From contig OY761158.1 of the NCBI GenBank assembly GCA_963664405.1, forward strand, positions 864,001-928,000: a DNA stretch of 64,000 nucleotides, written 5' to 3'. The stretch comes from Thermoanaerobaculia bacterium (GTDB lineage Bacteria > Acidobacteriota > Thermoanaerobaculia > Multivoradales > Multivoraceae). A program made the position numbers and the translations under genes. Positions 50,616 to 60,468 of the stretch are shown here, piece by piece. Position 1 is the first letter of the stretch, and the number at the start of each line of letters is the position of its first letter. The notes beneath the pieces are model-generated. The model was not told the DNA's origin. It saw nothing but the letters and a program-made list of their open reading frames with translations, and did no database searches.

Positions 50616-52991
50616 ATGGCGCATATTCGAAGTATCACTCGCGGTGTGCTGGTAATCGGCCTCGTGGCGTTCGCTGGGCCGACGATCGGACAGCCGCGGC
50701 AGAGCTTCTCAGGGGACTACTGGGCAGGGTGGCTGCAAGAGGTCACACCTCTGATGGGGCCGGCAGAAAGAGAGACCTTCGACAGCCTCGTCACCGACGC
50801 GCAGCGTGACGCCTTTGTGCGGGAGTTTTGGCGAGCCCGAGATCCGGCACCTTCGACGCCGCACAATGAGCTGCGAGATCAATGGGATCTCCGCATCCGG
50901 CAGGCCCAGCTCTTCTTCAGAGACCTCTCGAGTGATCTCGGCCAGGTCTACCTATTTCTGGGGCCCTTCGATGTCGTGCCGCTCGAGTGCGAGGGGGCGG
51001 ATGTGGGGTTTCTGAGCTGGGATCTCGACGAGGATCCCTTCTCGGTGGCCATGATCTCGTCCGGTGAAGGACCCGCCAAAATGGCCGACACTAAGGAACT
51101 GCTCGACATCGTCGGCCGATGCCCGCCGCCGGCAGCCGTGCGAGCGGGATCCATCGGACTCCCCCCTCTCGCCACTCTGCTCGAGCACACGACTGCACCC
51201 GCCCCGGTCCAAGACTGGCTGCCAGCATTTCGATCGCATCTCGACGAGGTTCCGGAACAAGCGGGGATCTACCGCGCGGACATGGAGATCAGCTTTCCTT
51301 CGATCCGCAACGGGGTCGCGATCGTGGAACTGGCCTTCCGACTGCCCAGCGCTGAGTTGCCGCCAAAGTCGGACGACCGGCTGCTCGAGAGCCTCGCCCT
51401 GCGAGTCGATCTTCTCGGAACCTACGGCACCACACGCATACGGCACCGCTTCTACCTTCCTATCGAGGAGAGACCGGATCTGCGCCTCGCCGCGCGGCGG
51501 GCGTTGCGCTCCGGGGACTACTACTTCGTGGCCGAGCTTGCCGACGATTCCGGCGACATTCTGCTGCGACACTTCGGTCTTCTCCGCATTCCCGAGACCT
51601 CACCGAACGGCAGCCACGCGGACACCACAGCCTTCCCCAAGACCTTCGCCAACAACAACATTACCCAGCTCGCCGCTCGTCCTCGGCTGCGCCTCCCCGC
51701 CATCGAAGGAGTGGTAGCGGGGCCCACCGACGTCATCGTCGAAGCGACGGGTGCCGGAATTCGGCGAGTTGCATTCCTGATCGACGGAAGCGAAGTCGCC
51801 TCCGCTTCAGAGCCTCCCTTCACCGGTCATGTCGACTTCGGACCCCGCCCCCGCACTCTCACTCTCGCCGCGGTGGCGTTGGACGCAAACGAAGGCGAGA
51901 TGGCCCGAGACAGCACCGACGTGAACTTGGAGACGAGGCCGTTCCGTCTCCTGCTGCCCGAGCCACCAGTCGACGAGGAAGATCGACTGGTGATCGAGCC
52001 GGAGGTTCTCCTGCCTGAAGGCGCGTCGGTCGAGGTGGTCGAGATCTATTGGGAAGAGTCGCTGGTCTACGAGTTTCACCAGCAGCCCCCCTACAAGCTG
52101 CTCCTGCATCTGAGAGGAGCTCCTAAGCCGGCCTACCTTCGAGTCGTTGCCCGACTCGACGACGAGCGCGTCACCGAGCTGGTCAAGCCGCTCGGAATGA
52201 CAGGCGGCTTCGAACAGGTGGAGGTCGATCTCGTCGAGTTCCTCGCTACCGTCACCGATTCCGATGGCCGTCCGGTCGTCGATCTCGAGCCCAGCGACTT
52301 CAGGGTGCTCGAAGAGGGCGTCGACCAGGTCATCCGCCAGGTCGAGACCTTGGAGAACGTGCCGCTGACGGTCGGCCTCCTCATGGACACCTCCTCCAGC
52401 ATGGAAGAGGCTCTCGACGAAAGCCTAGACGCCGCCGCGCGCTTTTTCGACGAGGTTCTCAAAGAGGGAGACAGCGCCACTTTCTTGAGCTTCAACCACG
52501 AGCCGAGATTGATAGTGCCGCTGACGACTTCGACCGAGCGTCTCCGTGAGGGGCTGGCGAATCTCTCTAGTTGGGGCGGAACGACTCTATTCGACAGCGT
52601 CATGCTGGCCCTCTACTACTTTCAGGGGCTCGAGGACCGTCGGGCATTGGTCGTACTCACCGATGGCCTCGATGAGCACAGCCGATTCACCCTGGAGGAG
52701 CTACTCGATGAAGCGGTGCGCTCGGGGGTGATCGTGCACACCATCGCCCTGGGCCCGGATGCCACCCCCAGTCCCCTACAGCGCTTGGCAGAGGCAACCG
52801 GCGGAGGATTCTTCACCGTCGACGGGCCGGGCCGGCTGGCTGAGATCTACGACCAGATCCGCCGCGAGCTCCACGCGCAGTATCGGATCGCATACCAATC
52901 GGCGACTGTGGGCGAAGACTTCCGTTCGGTCAAGGTGCTCACTCGCCAAACCGGGAACCATGTGCGTGCTCTCAGGGGCTACTACCCCTGA
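50616..52991 (+). CDS. GWxTD-like domain / Ig-like / VWA domain protein
   Basis: WLQEV..LM...ER..F...FWRARDP.P.T..NE; VWA MIDAS DTSSSM, T.LFD, TDG.D. Confidence 0.82.
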   Translation: MAHIRSITRGVLVIGLVAFAGPTIGQPRQSFSGDYWAGWLQEVTPLMGPAERETFDSLVTDAQRDAFVREFWRARDPAPSTPHNELRDQWDLRIRQAQLFFRDLSSDLGQVYLFLGPFDVVPLECEGADVGFLSWDLDEDPFSVAMISSGEGPAKMADTKELLDIVGRCPPPAAVRAGSIGLPPLATLLEHTTAPAPVQDWLPAFRSHLDEVPEQAGIYRADMEISFPSIRNGVAIVELAFRLPSAELPPKSDDRLLESLALRVDLLGTYGTTRIRHRFYLPIEERPDLRLAARRALRSGDYYFVAELADDSGDILLRHFGLLRIPETSPNGSHADTTAFPKTFANNNITQLAARPRLRLPAIEGVVAGPTDVIVEATGAGIRRVAFLIDGSEVASASEPPFTGHVDFGPRPRTLTLAAVALDANEGEMARDSTDVNLETRPFRLLLPEPPVDEEDRLVIEPEVLLPEGASVEVVEIYWEESLVYEFHQQPPYKLLLHLRGAPKPAYLRVVARLDDERVTELVKPLGMTGGFEQVEVDLVEFLATVTDSDGRPVVDLEPSDFRVLEEGVDQVIRQVETLENVPLTVGLLMDTSSSMEEALDESLDAAARFFDEVLKEGDSATFLSFNHEPRLIVPLTTSTERLREGLANLSSWGGTTLFDSVMLALYYFQGLEDRRALVVLTDGLDEHSRFTLEELLDEAVRSGVIVHTIALGPDATPSPLQRLAEATGGGFFTVDGPGRLAEIYDQIRRELHAQYRIAYQSATVGEDFRSVKVLTRQTGNHVRALRGYYP

Positions 52992-53013
52992 CAGCGAAAA
53001 TGACGGGCTGGAG

Positions 53014-54483
53014 CTAGCGTAGATTCTCCATCGCATCCACCGCAACGTTCGCCAGGGCGCGCACACCGAGACTGAGCGCCCCTTCGTCGGCAAAGAAGTG
53101 GGGCGAATGGTTACGGGCGACAGTGGCCGGATCGGCACCCTCGGGAGCGACGCCGAGGAAGAAAAAGACTCCTGGGATCTCCTGTTGGTAGTGCGAAAAG
53201 TCCTCAGCGGTGGTGGTCGGGTCGACCACCTGCGCCTTGCCCTTCCCAGCCACTCGCACCAGCGTCGGAGCGATCATACTGGTCAGCTCGGGATCGTTAT
53301 AGGTGACCAGATTGCCCCCACCGAAGCGAATCTCCGCGGTAGCTCCCGCGCTCGCCGCGATCGACTCCGCAGTACGCCGGATCCGACGGTGCAATTCCAA
53401 GCGCACTTCCGGATCGAAGGTCCGCACTGTGCCAACCATCTCCACCTTATCGGGGATGATGTTGCCCCGCACACCTCCATGGATACTCCCTATGGTGATG
53501 ATCGAGGGTGTCCGGGTCACGTCGACTTGACGACTGACGATACTCTGTAAGCCCAAGATAACTTGGGAGGAAACGACGATGGGATCCACCCCTCCCCAAG
53601 GCACGGCGCCATGGGTCTGCCGACCGTGAATAGTGATGTACAGAGAGTCGCTCGAAGCCATGATGCCGCCGCTCCTGTAGCCGAGGGTGCCCAGGGGATA
53701 GGGGAAGACGTGGAGGCCGAAGATCGCTTCGGGCCGCGGATCCTCGAGAGCGCCCTCGGCGATCATCAAACGGGCCCCTCCCTTCTCTCCCCGCGGCGCC
53801 CCTTCCTCGGCGGGCTGAAACAGAAACTTCACCGAGCCTCTCAAATGCTCGCGAAGGCCGCTCAGAACCTCTGCAACCCCCATCAAGATCGCCAGGTGCT
53901 GGTCGTGCCCGCAGGCGTGCATGACCCCGACCTCACGGCCCTCGTACATGGTTGTCTGGGTCGAGGCGAACGGCAGATCCACGAGCTCCGTTACCGGTAA
54001 GGCATCCATATCGGCACGCAGCGCGATCACCGGACCTTCCTCGCCGCCGCGAAGCAGCCCCACCACACCGGTGTGAGCGACCTCGGTGCGCACTTCAAGC
54101 CCCAGGGCCTCGAGATGCTCCGCGACTTTGCGCGCGGTGCGGACCTCACGATTGCTGAGCTCCGGATGGCGATGAAAGTCTCGACGCCACAAAACGACCT
54201 TCGCTTCGATCTCGGCCGTCAAACGGTCTATCTCACTTGCGAGGTCGGCGGCTCCGACCGGCAGAGCAGCCAGGCAAAGAGCGGCAACTAGACCAGCGTT
54301 TCCAAAGTTCGCGCACATATCTCGGGCCCTTCTGCCCGCTGGCGTCGTTACGCCTCCTCGACATATTGCCCAATATGCCTGCGTCAGCGCGCCTAGCCAG
54401 CGAACAGAATGACCTCGAGCTATGCAGCACGAACTTTGGAAACGCTGGTCTAGTGCCCAGGCGTACTTTCTCAGAGCCGGCAT
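53014..54483 (-). CDS. M20-family amidohydrolase with in-frame 54-codon insertion in its signal peptide
   Basis: HRHPELS..E, LRADMDALP, MHACGHD, FQPAEEG, TAEDFS, NHSP.F; start adjoins the glpK stop. Confidence 0.9.
   Translation of the reverse strand: MPALRKYAWALDQRFQSSCCIARGHSVRWLGALTQAYWAICRGGVTTPAGRRARDMCANFGNAGLVAALCLAALPVGAADLASEIDRLTAEIEAKVVLWRRDFHRHPELSNREVRTARKVAEHLEALGLEVRTEVAHTGVVGLLRGGEEGPVIALRADMDALPVTELVDLPFASTQTTMYEGREVGVMHACGHDQHLAILMGVAEVLSGLREHLRGSVKFLFQPAEEGAPRGEKGGARLMIAEGALEDPRPEAIFGLHVFPYPLGTLGYRSGGIMASSDSLYITIHGRQTHGAVPWGGVDPIVVSSQVILGLQSIVSRQVDVTRTPSIITIGSIHGGVRGNIIPDKVEMVGTVRTFDPEVRLELHRRIRRTAESIAASAGATAEIRFGGGNLVTYNDPELTSMIAPTLVRVAGKGKAQVVDPTTTAEDFSHYQQEIPGVFFFLGVAPEGADPATVARNHSPHFFADEGALSLGVRALANVAVDAMENLR
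54288..54453. mobile_element. MITE-like palindromic element bounded by CTAG
   Basis: IR CTAGACCAGCGTTTCCAAAGTTCG at both ends; the two CTAGs are 162 bp apart. Confidence 0.8.
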
Positions 54484-55980
54484 TTAAGGCGCGGCCCAAG
54501 ACCGGGATCGATTCACCGCATCGTGCCAGCGATCCACCAGGCCTTTGCGAGTCTTGGGTCTCATATGGGGGCGAAACTGGCGATCAAGCAACCAATTCTT
54601 CTCGACGTCACTCTTGCTCTTCCAGAATCCAACGGCGAGACCGGCAAGATAGGCGGCCCCCAAGGCCGTGGTCTCAGAGACAACGGGACGGCGCACAGTC
54701 CGGCCAATGATGTCGGATTGAAACTGCATCATCAGATCGTTGGTCGAGGCGCCCCCGTCGACGCGCAGCTCACGCAACCGAACTTTGGAGTCACGCTCCA
54801 TCGCATCGACGACATCACGCGACTGATAGCACATCGATTCGAGCGTGGCGCGGGCGAGATGCTCGCGAGTCGTGCCGCGCTCGATACCGACGATGACGCC
54901 ACGCGCGTAGGGGTCCCAGTAGGGAGTGCCGAGGCCGACAAAGGCAGGCACGAAGAAGACGCCGCCATTGTCCGGGACCGCCGACGCCAGCCGTTCGACA
55001 TCACTCGACTTGCGCAGGATTCGGAGCCCGTCGCGCAGCCATTGCACCGCCGCCCCAGCGACGAATACCGAGCCCTCGAGACAATAAGTCACCTTCCCGT
55101 CGACGCCCCAGCCGATGGTAGTGAGCAACCCGTTCTTGGAGCGCACCGCCTTCGGCCCCGTGTTCATGAGCACAAAGCATCCGGTGCCATAGGTGTTCTT
55201 CACCATTCCCGGTCTAAAGCACCCCTGTCCAAAGGTGGCGGCCTGCTGGTCCCCCGCGATACCCGCGATCGTAATGGGCTCAGAAAAGAGCTTGGCTTCG
55301 GTTTCACCGAAGGGGCCGCTCGACTCTCGCACCTGGGGCAGCATCTCCACAGGAACCTCAAGGATCTTCAGCAGTTCTCGATCCCACTCGAGAGTATTGA
55401 TGTTGAAGAGCAAAGTACGGCTGGCATTGGAGAGGTCGGTGGCGTGCACACGACCGCCGGTCAACCGCCACAACAGGAAAGTGTCGATCGTGCCGGCTAG
55501 AATCTCGCCCTTCTCAGCCCGCCGCCGAAGGCCGCGACTGCGGTCGAGGAGATACTTGATCTTGGTACCGGAGAAGTACGGATCGAGAACCAGCCCTGTT
55601 TTACGCTGGAACTTGCCCTCCAGACCCTGATCCTTGAGTCGAGCGCAAATCGGCGCCGAGATCCGACTCTGCCAGACGATCGCATTGCTCACCGGTCGGC
55701 CGCTGGCCTTCTCCCATAAGACAACGGTCTCGCGCTGATTGGTGATACCGATCGCAGCGACATCTCGGGCCTGCGCCTTGGCCTTCCTCAGTGCCGCACG
55801 AGCCGTGGAGAGCTGGGTGCGCCAGATCGCTTCAGGGTCGTGCTCGACGTGACCGGGCGACGGAAAGAGTTGAGGAAACTCCCGCTGGGCACTCGCGACC
55901 GCCCGCCCCCTGCGATCGAACAAGATGGAACGGCTGGAGGTTGTTCCCTGATCGAGAGCGAGAATGTAGCGCGCCCGCAT
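54484..55980 (-). CDS. glpK: Glycerol kinase
   Basis: LDQGTTSSR, ITNQRET, DPYFSGTK, SNASRT, GDQQAA, KNTYGTG, LRVDGG. Confidence 0.95.
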   Translation of the reverse strand: MRARYILALDQGTTSSRSILFDRRGRAVASAQREFPQLFPSPGHVEHDPEAIWRTQLSTARAALRKAKAQARDVAAIGITNQRETVVLWEKASGRPVSNAIVWQSRISAPICARLKDQGLEGKFQRKTGLVLDPYFSGTKIKYLLDRSRGLRRRAEKGEILAGTIDTFLLWRLTGGRVHATDLSNASRTLLFNINTLEWDRELLKILEVPVEMLPQVRESSGPFGETEAKLFSEPITIAGIAGDQQAATFGQGCFRPGMVKNTYGTGCFVLMNTGPKAVRSKNGLLTTIGWGVDGKVTYCLEGSVFVAGAAVQWLRDGLRILRKSSDVERLASAVPDNGGVFFVPAFVGLGTPYWDPYARGVIVGIERGTTREHLARATLESMCYQSRDVVDAMERDSKVRLRELRVDGGASTNDLMMQFQSDIIGRTVRRPVVSETTALGAAYLAGLAVGFWKSKSDVEKNWLLDRQFRPHMRPKTRKGLVDRWHDAVNRSRSWAAP

Positions 55981-56116
55981 CGACTTCTCAGCTTAACAGC
56001 CTAGAGAACTGACGAGCTAGGCTGCCGAACAGGGTGCCGAGGACGGCGCGCTCTGCCGAAGTGATGGGCATCATAGGGACCGGGTCTAGGGTCACTGCTA
56101 ACATCGCCCTCCTCGC

Positions 56117-57283
56117 ATGGATGGGCTGAAGCGAAGACTCAGGATGGGCATGGTCGGCGGCGGGCGTGATGCCTTTATCGGCGCCGTCCATCGCATGGCC
56201 GCGGGTCTCGACGGGCTGATCACCCTGACCTGCGGCGCCTTCAGCTCAGAGGCCGCGAAGTCGAAAGACTCGGGCCGCGAGCTGTTCGTGGCAGAGGGCC
56301 GCTGCTACGGCTCTTGGCAGGAGATGCTCGATCGTGAAGCCGCTCTTCCCGACGACCTCCGTATGGATTTCGTTTCGATCGTCACTCCGAACTTTCTCCA
56401 CTACCCCATCGCGATGGCGGCGCTGGAGCATGGGTTCCCAGTGGTCTGCGACAAGCCGATGACGATGGATGTCACCGAAGCCTTCGCTCTCGCTCGGCAA
56501 GTCGAGTCCACCGGTCTCCCCTTCTGCCTGACTCACAACTACACCGGCTATCCGATGGTCAAGGAGGCCAAGCACCGGGTCTCCCAGGGTAGCCTCGGCA
56601 AGATCCGAAAAATCGTCGTCGAGTATCCCCAGGGCTGGCTTGCCGGCAGGCTCGAAGCCACCGGCCAGAAGCAGGCCGACTGGCGAACCGACCCCGCTCG
56701 AGCCGGTGCGAGCTGCTGCATGGGCGACATCGGCACCCACGCCGAGAATCTCGCTGAGTACGTGACCGGCTGCGAGATCGAATCGCTATGCGCCGACCTC
56801 ACGACTTTCGTCGACGGCCGTCCCCTCGACGATGACGGCAACGTACTCCTGCGCTTTCGCGGCGGCGCTCGTGGGGTACTGCACGCCAGCCAGATCTCGA
56901 TCGACGAAGAGAACGACTTGCGGTTGCGCGTTTATGGCGAATCAGGGGGCCTCGAGTGGCGGCAAGAAGAGCCGAACACGCTGATCCTCAAGTGGCCCGA
57001 CCGGCCACGAGAGATCCTCCGCACCGGCGGCCCGACCCTCTCAGAGGCGGCAGCCTCCGCAACCCGTCTGCCGATGGGCCATCCGGAAGGATTCATCGAG
57101 GCCTTCGCGAATCTCTACCGCGGCTTCGCCTTTGCGGTCGAGGGTCGTCTTCGCGGTGAGCAGCCGCCGGCCGCCAGCCTCGACTTTCCAGGAGTCGGTG
57201 ACGGCCTGCGCGGGATGCTCTTCATCCAGGCCGTGGTCGAAAGTAGCAAGAGCCAGACCAAGTGGACCCCACTCATCTCCTGA
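56117..57283 (+). CDS. Gfo/Idh/MocA oxidoreductase
   Basis: GMVGGG..AFIGAVHR, CDKP, GDIGTHA, GHPEGF.EAFAN.Y. Confidence 0.9.
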   Translation: MDGLKRRLRMGMVGGGRDAFIGAVHRMAAGLDGLITLTCGAFSSEAAKSKDSGRELFVAEGRCYGSWQEMLDREAALPDDLRMDFVSIVTPNFLHYPIAMAALEHGFPVVCDKPMTMDVTEAFALARQVESTGLPFCLTHNYTGYPMVKEAKHRVSQGSLGKIRKIVVEYPQGWLAGRLEATGQKQADWRTDPARAGASCCMGDIGTHAENLAEYVTGCEIESLCADLTTFVDGRPLDDDGNVLLRFRGGARGVLHASQISIDEENDLRLRVYGESGGLEWRQEEPNTLILKWPDRPREILRTGGPTLSEAAASATRLPMGHPEGFIEAFANLYRGFAFAVEGRLRGEQPPAASLDFPGVGDGLRGMLFIQAVVESSKSQTKWTPLIS

Positions 57284-57310
57284 GACGAGCCGACAAGGAA
57301 GCCGAAACAC

Positions 57311-58309
57311 ATGCCCAGACCTGTCACCCTCTTCACCGGCCAGTGGGCCGACCTTCCAATCGACACCCTGTGCGCCAAGGCAGCAGATTTCGGCTATAAC
57401 GGGCTCGAGCTCGCCTGCTGGGGCGACCACTTCGAAGTCGACCGTGCCCTAGCGGAGCCGAACTACTGCTCATCGCGGCGCGACCTTCTGAGTAGCCACG
57501 GGCTCGAGCTCCACGCCATCGCAAACCACCTCGTGGGTCAGGCGGTTGCCGACCGCATCGACGAACGGCACCAAGCGATCTTGCCGGAGCGCGTCTGGGG
57601 CGACGGCGACGGAGAGGGAGTCCGTGAGCGCGCAGCCGAGGAGATGAAGAACACCGCGCGGGCGGCCGCAAAGCTCGGCGTCAAGGTCGTCAGCGGCTTC
57701 ACCGGCAGCCCGATCTGGCACCTCCTCTACTCCTTCCCTCCGACGCCCGACGAAATGATCGACGCCGGTTTCGAAGAGGTCGCCCAGCGATGGACACCGA
57801 TCCTCGATGTTTTCGCCGAGCAGGGCGTGCGCTTCGGGCTCGAGGTGCACCCCACCGAGATCGCCTTCGACATCGTCAGTGCCGAGCGCACTCTCGAGGC
57901 ACTCGATCACCACCCCGCCTTCGGCTTCAACTACGACCCCAGCCATCTCGGCTACCAGAGTGTCGACTACGTAGAGTTTCTCTACCGCTTCTCTGACCGC
58001 ATCTTTCATGCCCACATAAAGGACGTGTACTGGGCCGACGAGCCTCGCTCCTGCGGTGTCTTCGGCGGCCACCTCCCGTTCGGAGACCGACGCCGTTACT
58101 GGGACTTTCGCTCTCCCGGGCGAGGCTCGATCGACTTCGAGGAGATCATCCGCGCCCTGAACAACATCGGCTATGAGGGTCCCCTGTCGGTGGAGTGGGA
58201 GGACCCGGGAATGGATCGCGAGCACGGCGCTATCGAGGCTTGTGAGTTCGTCAAGGGTCTCGACTTCAAACCCTCCGAGGTGGCCTTCGACGCCGCTTTC
58301 GAGCAATGA
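57311..58309 (+). CDS. Sugar phosphate isomerase/epimerase (TIM barrel)
   Basis: [38 protein letters not shown]. Confidence 0.9.
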   Translation: MPRPVTLFTGQWADLPIDTLCAKAADFGYNGLELACWGDHFEVDRALAEPNYCSSRRDLLSSHGLELHAIANHLVGQAVADRIDERHQAILPERVWGDGDGEGVRERAAEEMKNTARAAAKLGVKVVSGFTGSPIWHLLYSFPPTPDEMIDAGFEEVAQRWTPILDVFAEQGVRFGLEVHPTEIAFDIVSAERTLEALDHHPAFGFNYDPSHLGYQSVDYVEFLYRFSDRIFHAHIKDVYWADEPRSCGVFGGHLPFGDRRRYWDFRSPGRGSIDFEEIIRALNNIGYEGPLSVEWEDPGMDREHGAIEACEFVKGLDFKPSEVAFDAAFEQ

Positions 58310-58321
58310 GGGGACGTTGCC

Positions 58322-60463
58322 GTGCGGCGTAAGCGAATCTTCTGGCCGATGGTTCTGCTACTGACTCAATGGCAATCGATCAGCTTGGCTCAATCCGCAG
58401 AGGAAGAACGAGCGCCGAGCTTTAGTGAGGCCCAGTCCGCCGCCGGAAAAGTCGCATATAGGAAACACTGTGCCTCCTGTCACAGGGCAAAGCTGGAAGG
58501 CTTCCAACTCGCGCCGGCTCTGGTTGAGAAGCGTTTCGATCAGTCTTGGCGCGGCAAATCCGCTGACATCCTGCAATTTCACATACGTCGCATGCCTCCC
58601 GAGCCGGCGGGAGAGCCCGGAAGCCTGAGCGACGAGACCTATGCGAATATCCTGGCCTACATTCTCCTTTCCAACGGCCTCGAAGCAGGGGGCGATGCTC
58701 TGCCCTCGGACTCATCTGCTCTTGCCGACCTGACCATACCGAGGTTGCCGGGAGTGGAGCTCGATCTAGGCGCGCCGGTCGTCGCGGCGGGCGAGTCCCA
58801 GCTACTGAAAGACCTGCCAACGCTCACCAGTGAAGAGCTGCGCGACCCAACGCCCGAGGACTGGCTGCATTGGGGAAGAACTCTCGATGGGCACAGCTAC
58901 AGTCCGCTGAAGCAGATCAACCGTGGAAACGTGAAAGATCTGAAGCTGGCCTGGCGAGCGCCTCTTCGCTTCGGCAGCAATACTCCGGCTCCAGTGGTTC
59001 ATCGAGGAGTGATGTTCCTTCACACACCTCCGGACACCGTGCTGGCGATGGATGCCACGGACGGCCGCGTGCTGTGGCGCTATCAGCGTAAAGGCATAGA
59101 TCAGCCGACCAAGAAGAGGGGCGTCGCTCTCTACGGCGACATGGTGCTCGTGCCCACCTCCGACTTGCATGTGGTTGCCCTGAGCGCAAAGACCGGTAAA
59201 CCGATCTGGGACCACACCCTCGACACAAGAGCACCAGACACCATGCGCCGCGGCTTTCACCTCAGAAGCGCCCCGCTGATAGCCAAAGACAAGGCCATCA
59301 TCGGGGTCACGGTTTATGCACCCAAGGGCGGCTTCATCCTCGCTCTGGACGTCAATTCGGGAAAAGAGGTGTGGCGGTTCAACACCATCGCCAGGCCGGG
59401 CGAGCCGGGGGAAAACAGTTGGAACGGCCTACCCCTGGAAAGGCGTAAAGGTGGGTCCGTTTGGCACCAGGCTACCTATGATGCGGAGCTGAACCTCGTC
59501 TACTTCGGTATCGCGCCGACTTACGACACGGAGCCCCTCCTGATACCGATAGAGAAGGAGGGCATCAACAACGACGCGCTCTACACCAATTGCACCGTCG
59601 CCCTCGACGCCGATACCGGTGAGCTGATCTGGCACTATCAACACATGGCAAACGACCAGTGGGACCTGGATTGGGTCTTCGAGCGTCAGATCGCAAGCCT
59701 TAGCGTCGACGGCGAGCTCCGCAAGGTGGTAATGAACGTCGGCAAGATGGGGATCCTCGATGCTCTGGATGCAGCGACCGGCGAGTACCTATTCTCGGTC
59801 GACAGCGGGACGCAGAACGTAATTACCGCTATCGACCCTGAAACCGGCGCCAAAACCATCGACCCCGAGAAGGTGCCCAATTCGAAGCGAGGATCGCTGA
59901 TCTGCCCGAGCGCTGTCGGCGCCAGAAGCTGGCCGCCGACTTCCTACAGCCCAAGGACGAAACTGCTGTACGTGCCCATCACCGAAGCCTGTTTGAACAT
60001 GGGACCGACAGGACAAGGGGGCCGGCTACTCAGTACCGGTGTAGATCTGTCTCTGGCAACGCACCCGGATGCCAGTGACGGAATGGTAGGGCGCCTCCAG
60101 GCCATCGACCTTGTGAGCCATGAATTGGGCTGGACCCACGATCAGCTCACTCCGCTTTCGACCGGCCTATTGACCACCGCCGGCGGGTTGCTCTTCTCCG
60201 GCGATATCGATCCCTCGTTGAAGGCTTTCGATGACGAGAGTGGTGAGCTGCTCTGGCAGGTCGAGCTCGACGACGCGCCCAGTTCGACCCTCGTAACGTA
60301 CAGCGTTGACGACAAGCAATACATCGCTGTCGTGGTGGGCCTGACAAATAATCATATCCGAGACATAACCAGCTCCTACCTAAAGTGGAGCAAGAGCATC
60401 GATACGCCGAGGGATGCCCCACCCAAAGGAGGGGCCGCCGTCTGGACATTCTCATTGGAATGA
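58322..60463 (+). CDS. PQQ-dependent dehydrogenase with N-terminal cytochrome c
   Basis: Signal peptide, CASCH, DWLHWGRT..GHSYSPL.QIN..NV..L, WDLD, TY.VD.KQYIAV. Confidence 0.88.
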   Translation: MRRKRIFWPMVLLLTQWQSISLAQSAEEERAPSFSEAQSAAGKVAYRKHCASCHRAKLEGFQLAPALVEKRFDQSWRGKSADILQFHIRRMPPEPAGEPGSLSDETYANILAYILLSNGLEAGGDALPSDSSALADLTIPRLPGVELDLGAPVVAAGESQLLKDLPTLTSEELRDPTPEDWLHWGRTLDGHSYSPLKQINRGNVKDLKLAWRAPLRFGSNTPAPVVHRGVMFLHTPPDTVLAMDATDGRVLWRYQRKGIDQPTKKRGVALYGDMVLVPTSDLHVVALSAKTGKPIWDHTLDTRAPDTMRRGFHLRSAPLIAKDKAIIGVTVYAPKGGFILALDVNSGKEVWRFNTIARPGEPGENSWNGLPLERRKGGSVWHQATYDAELNLVYFGIAPTYDTEPLLIPIEKEGINNDALYTNCTVALDADTGELIWHYQHMANDQWDLDWVFERQIASLSVDGELRKVVMNVGKMGILDALDAATGEYLFSVDSGTQNVITAIDPETGAKTIDPEKVPNSKRGSLICPSAVGARSWPPTSYSPRTKLLYVPITEACLNMGPTGQGGRLLSTGVDLSLATHPDASDGMVGRLQAIDLVSHELGWTHDQLTPLSTGLLTTAGGLLFSGDIDPSLKAFDDESGELLWQVELDDAPSSTLVTYSVDDKQYIAVVVGLTNNHIRDITSSYLKWSKSIDTPRDAPPKGGAAVWTFSLE

Positions 60464-60468
60464 ATGGA

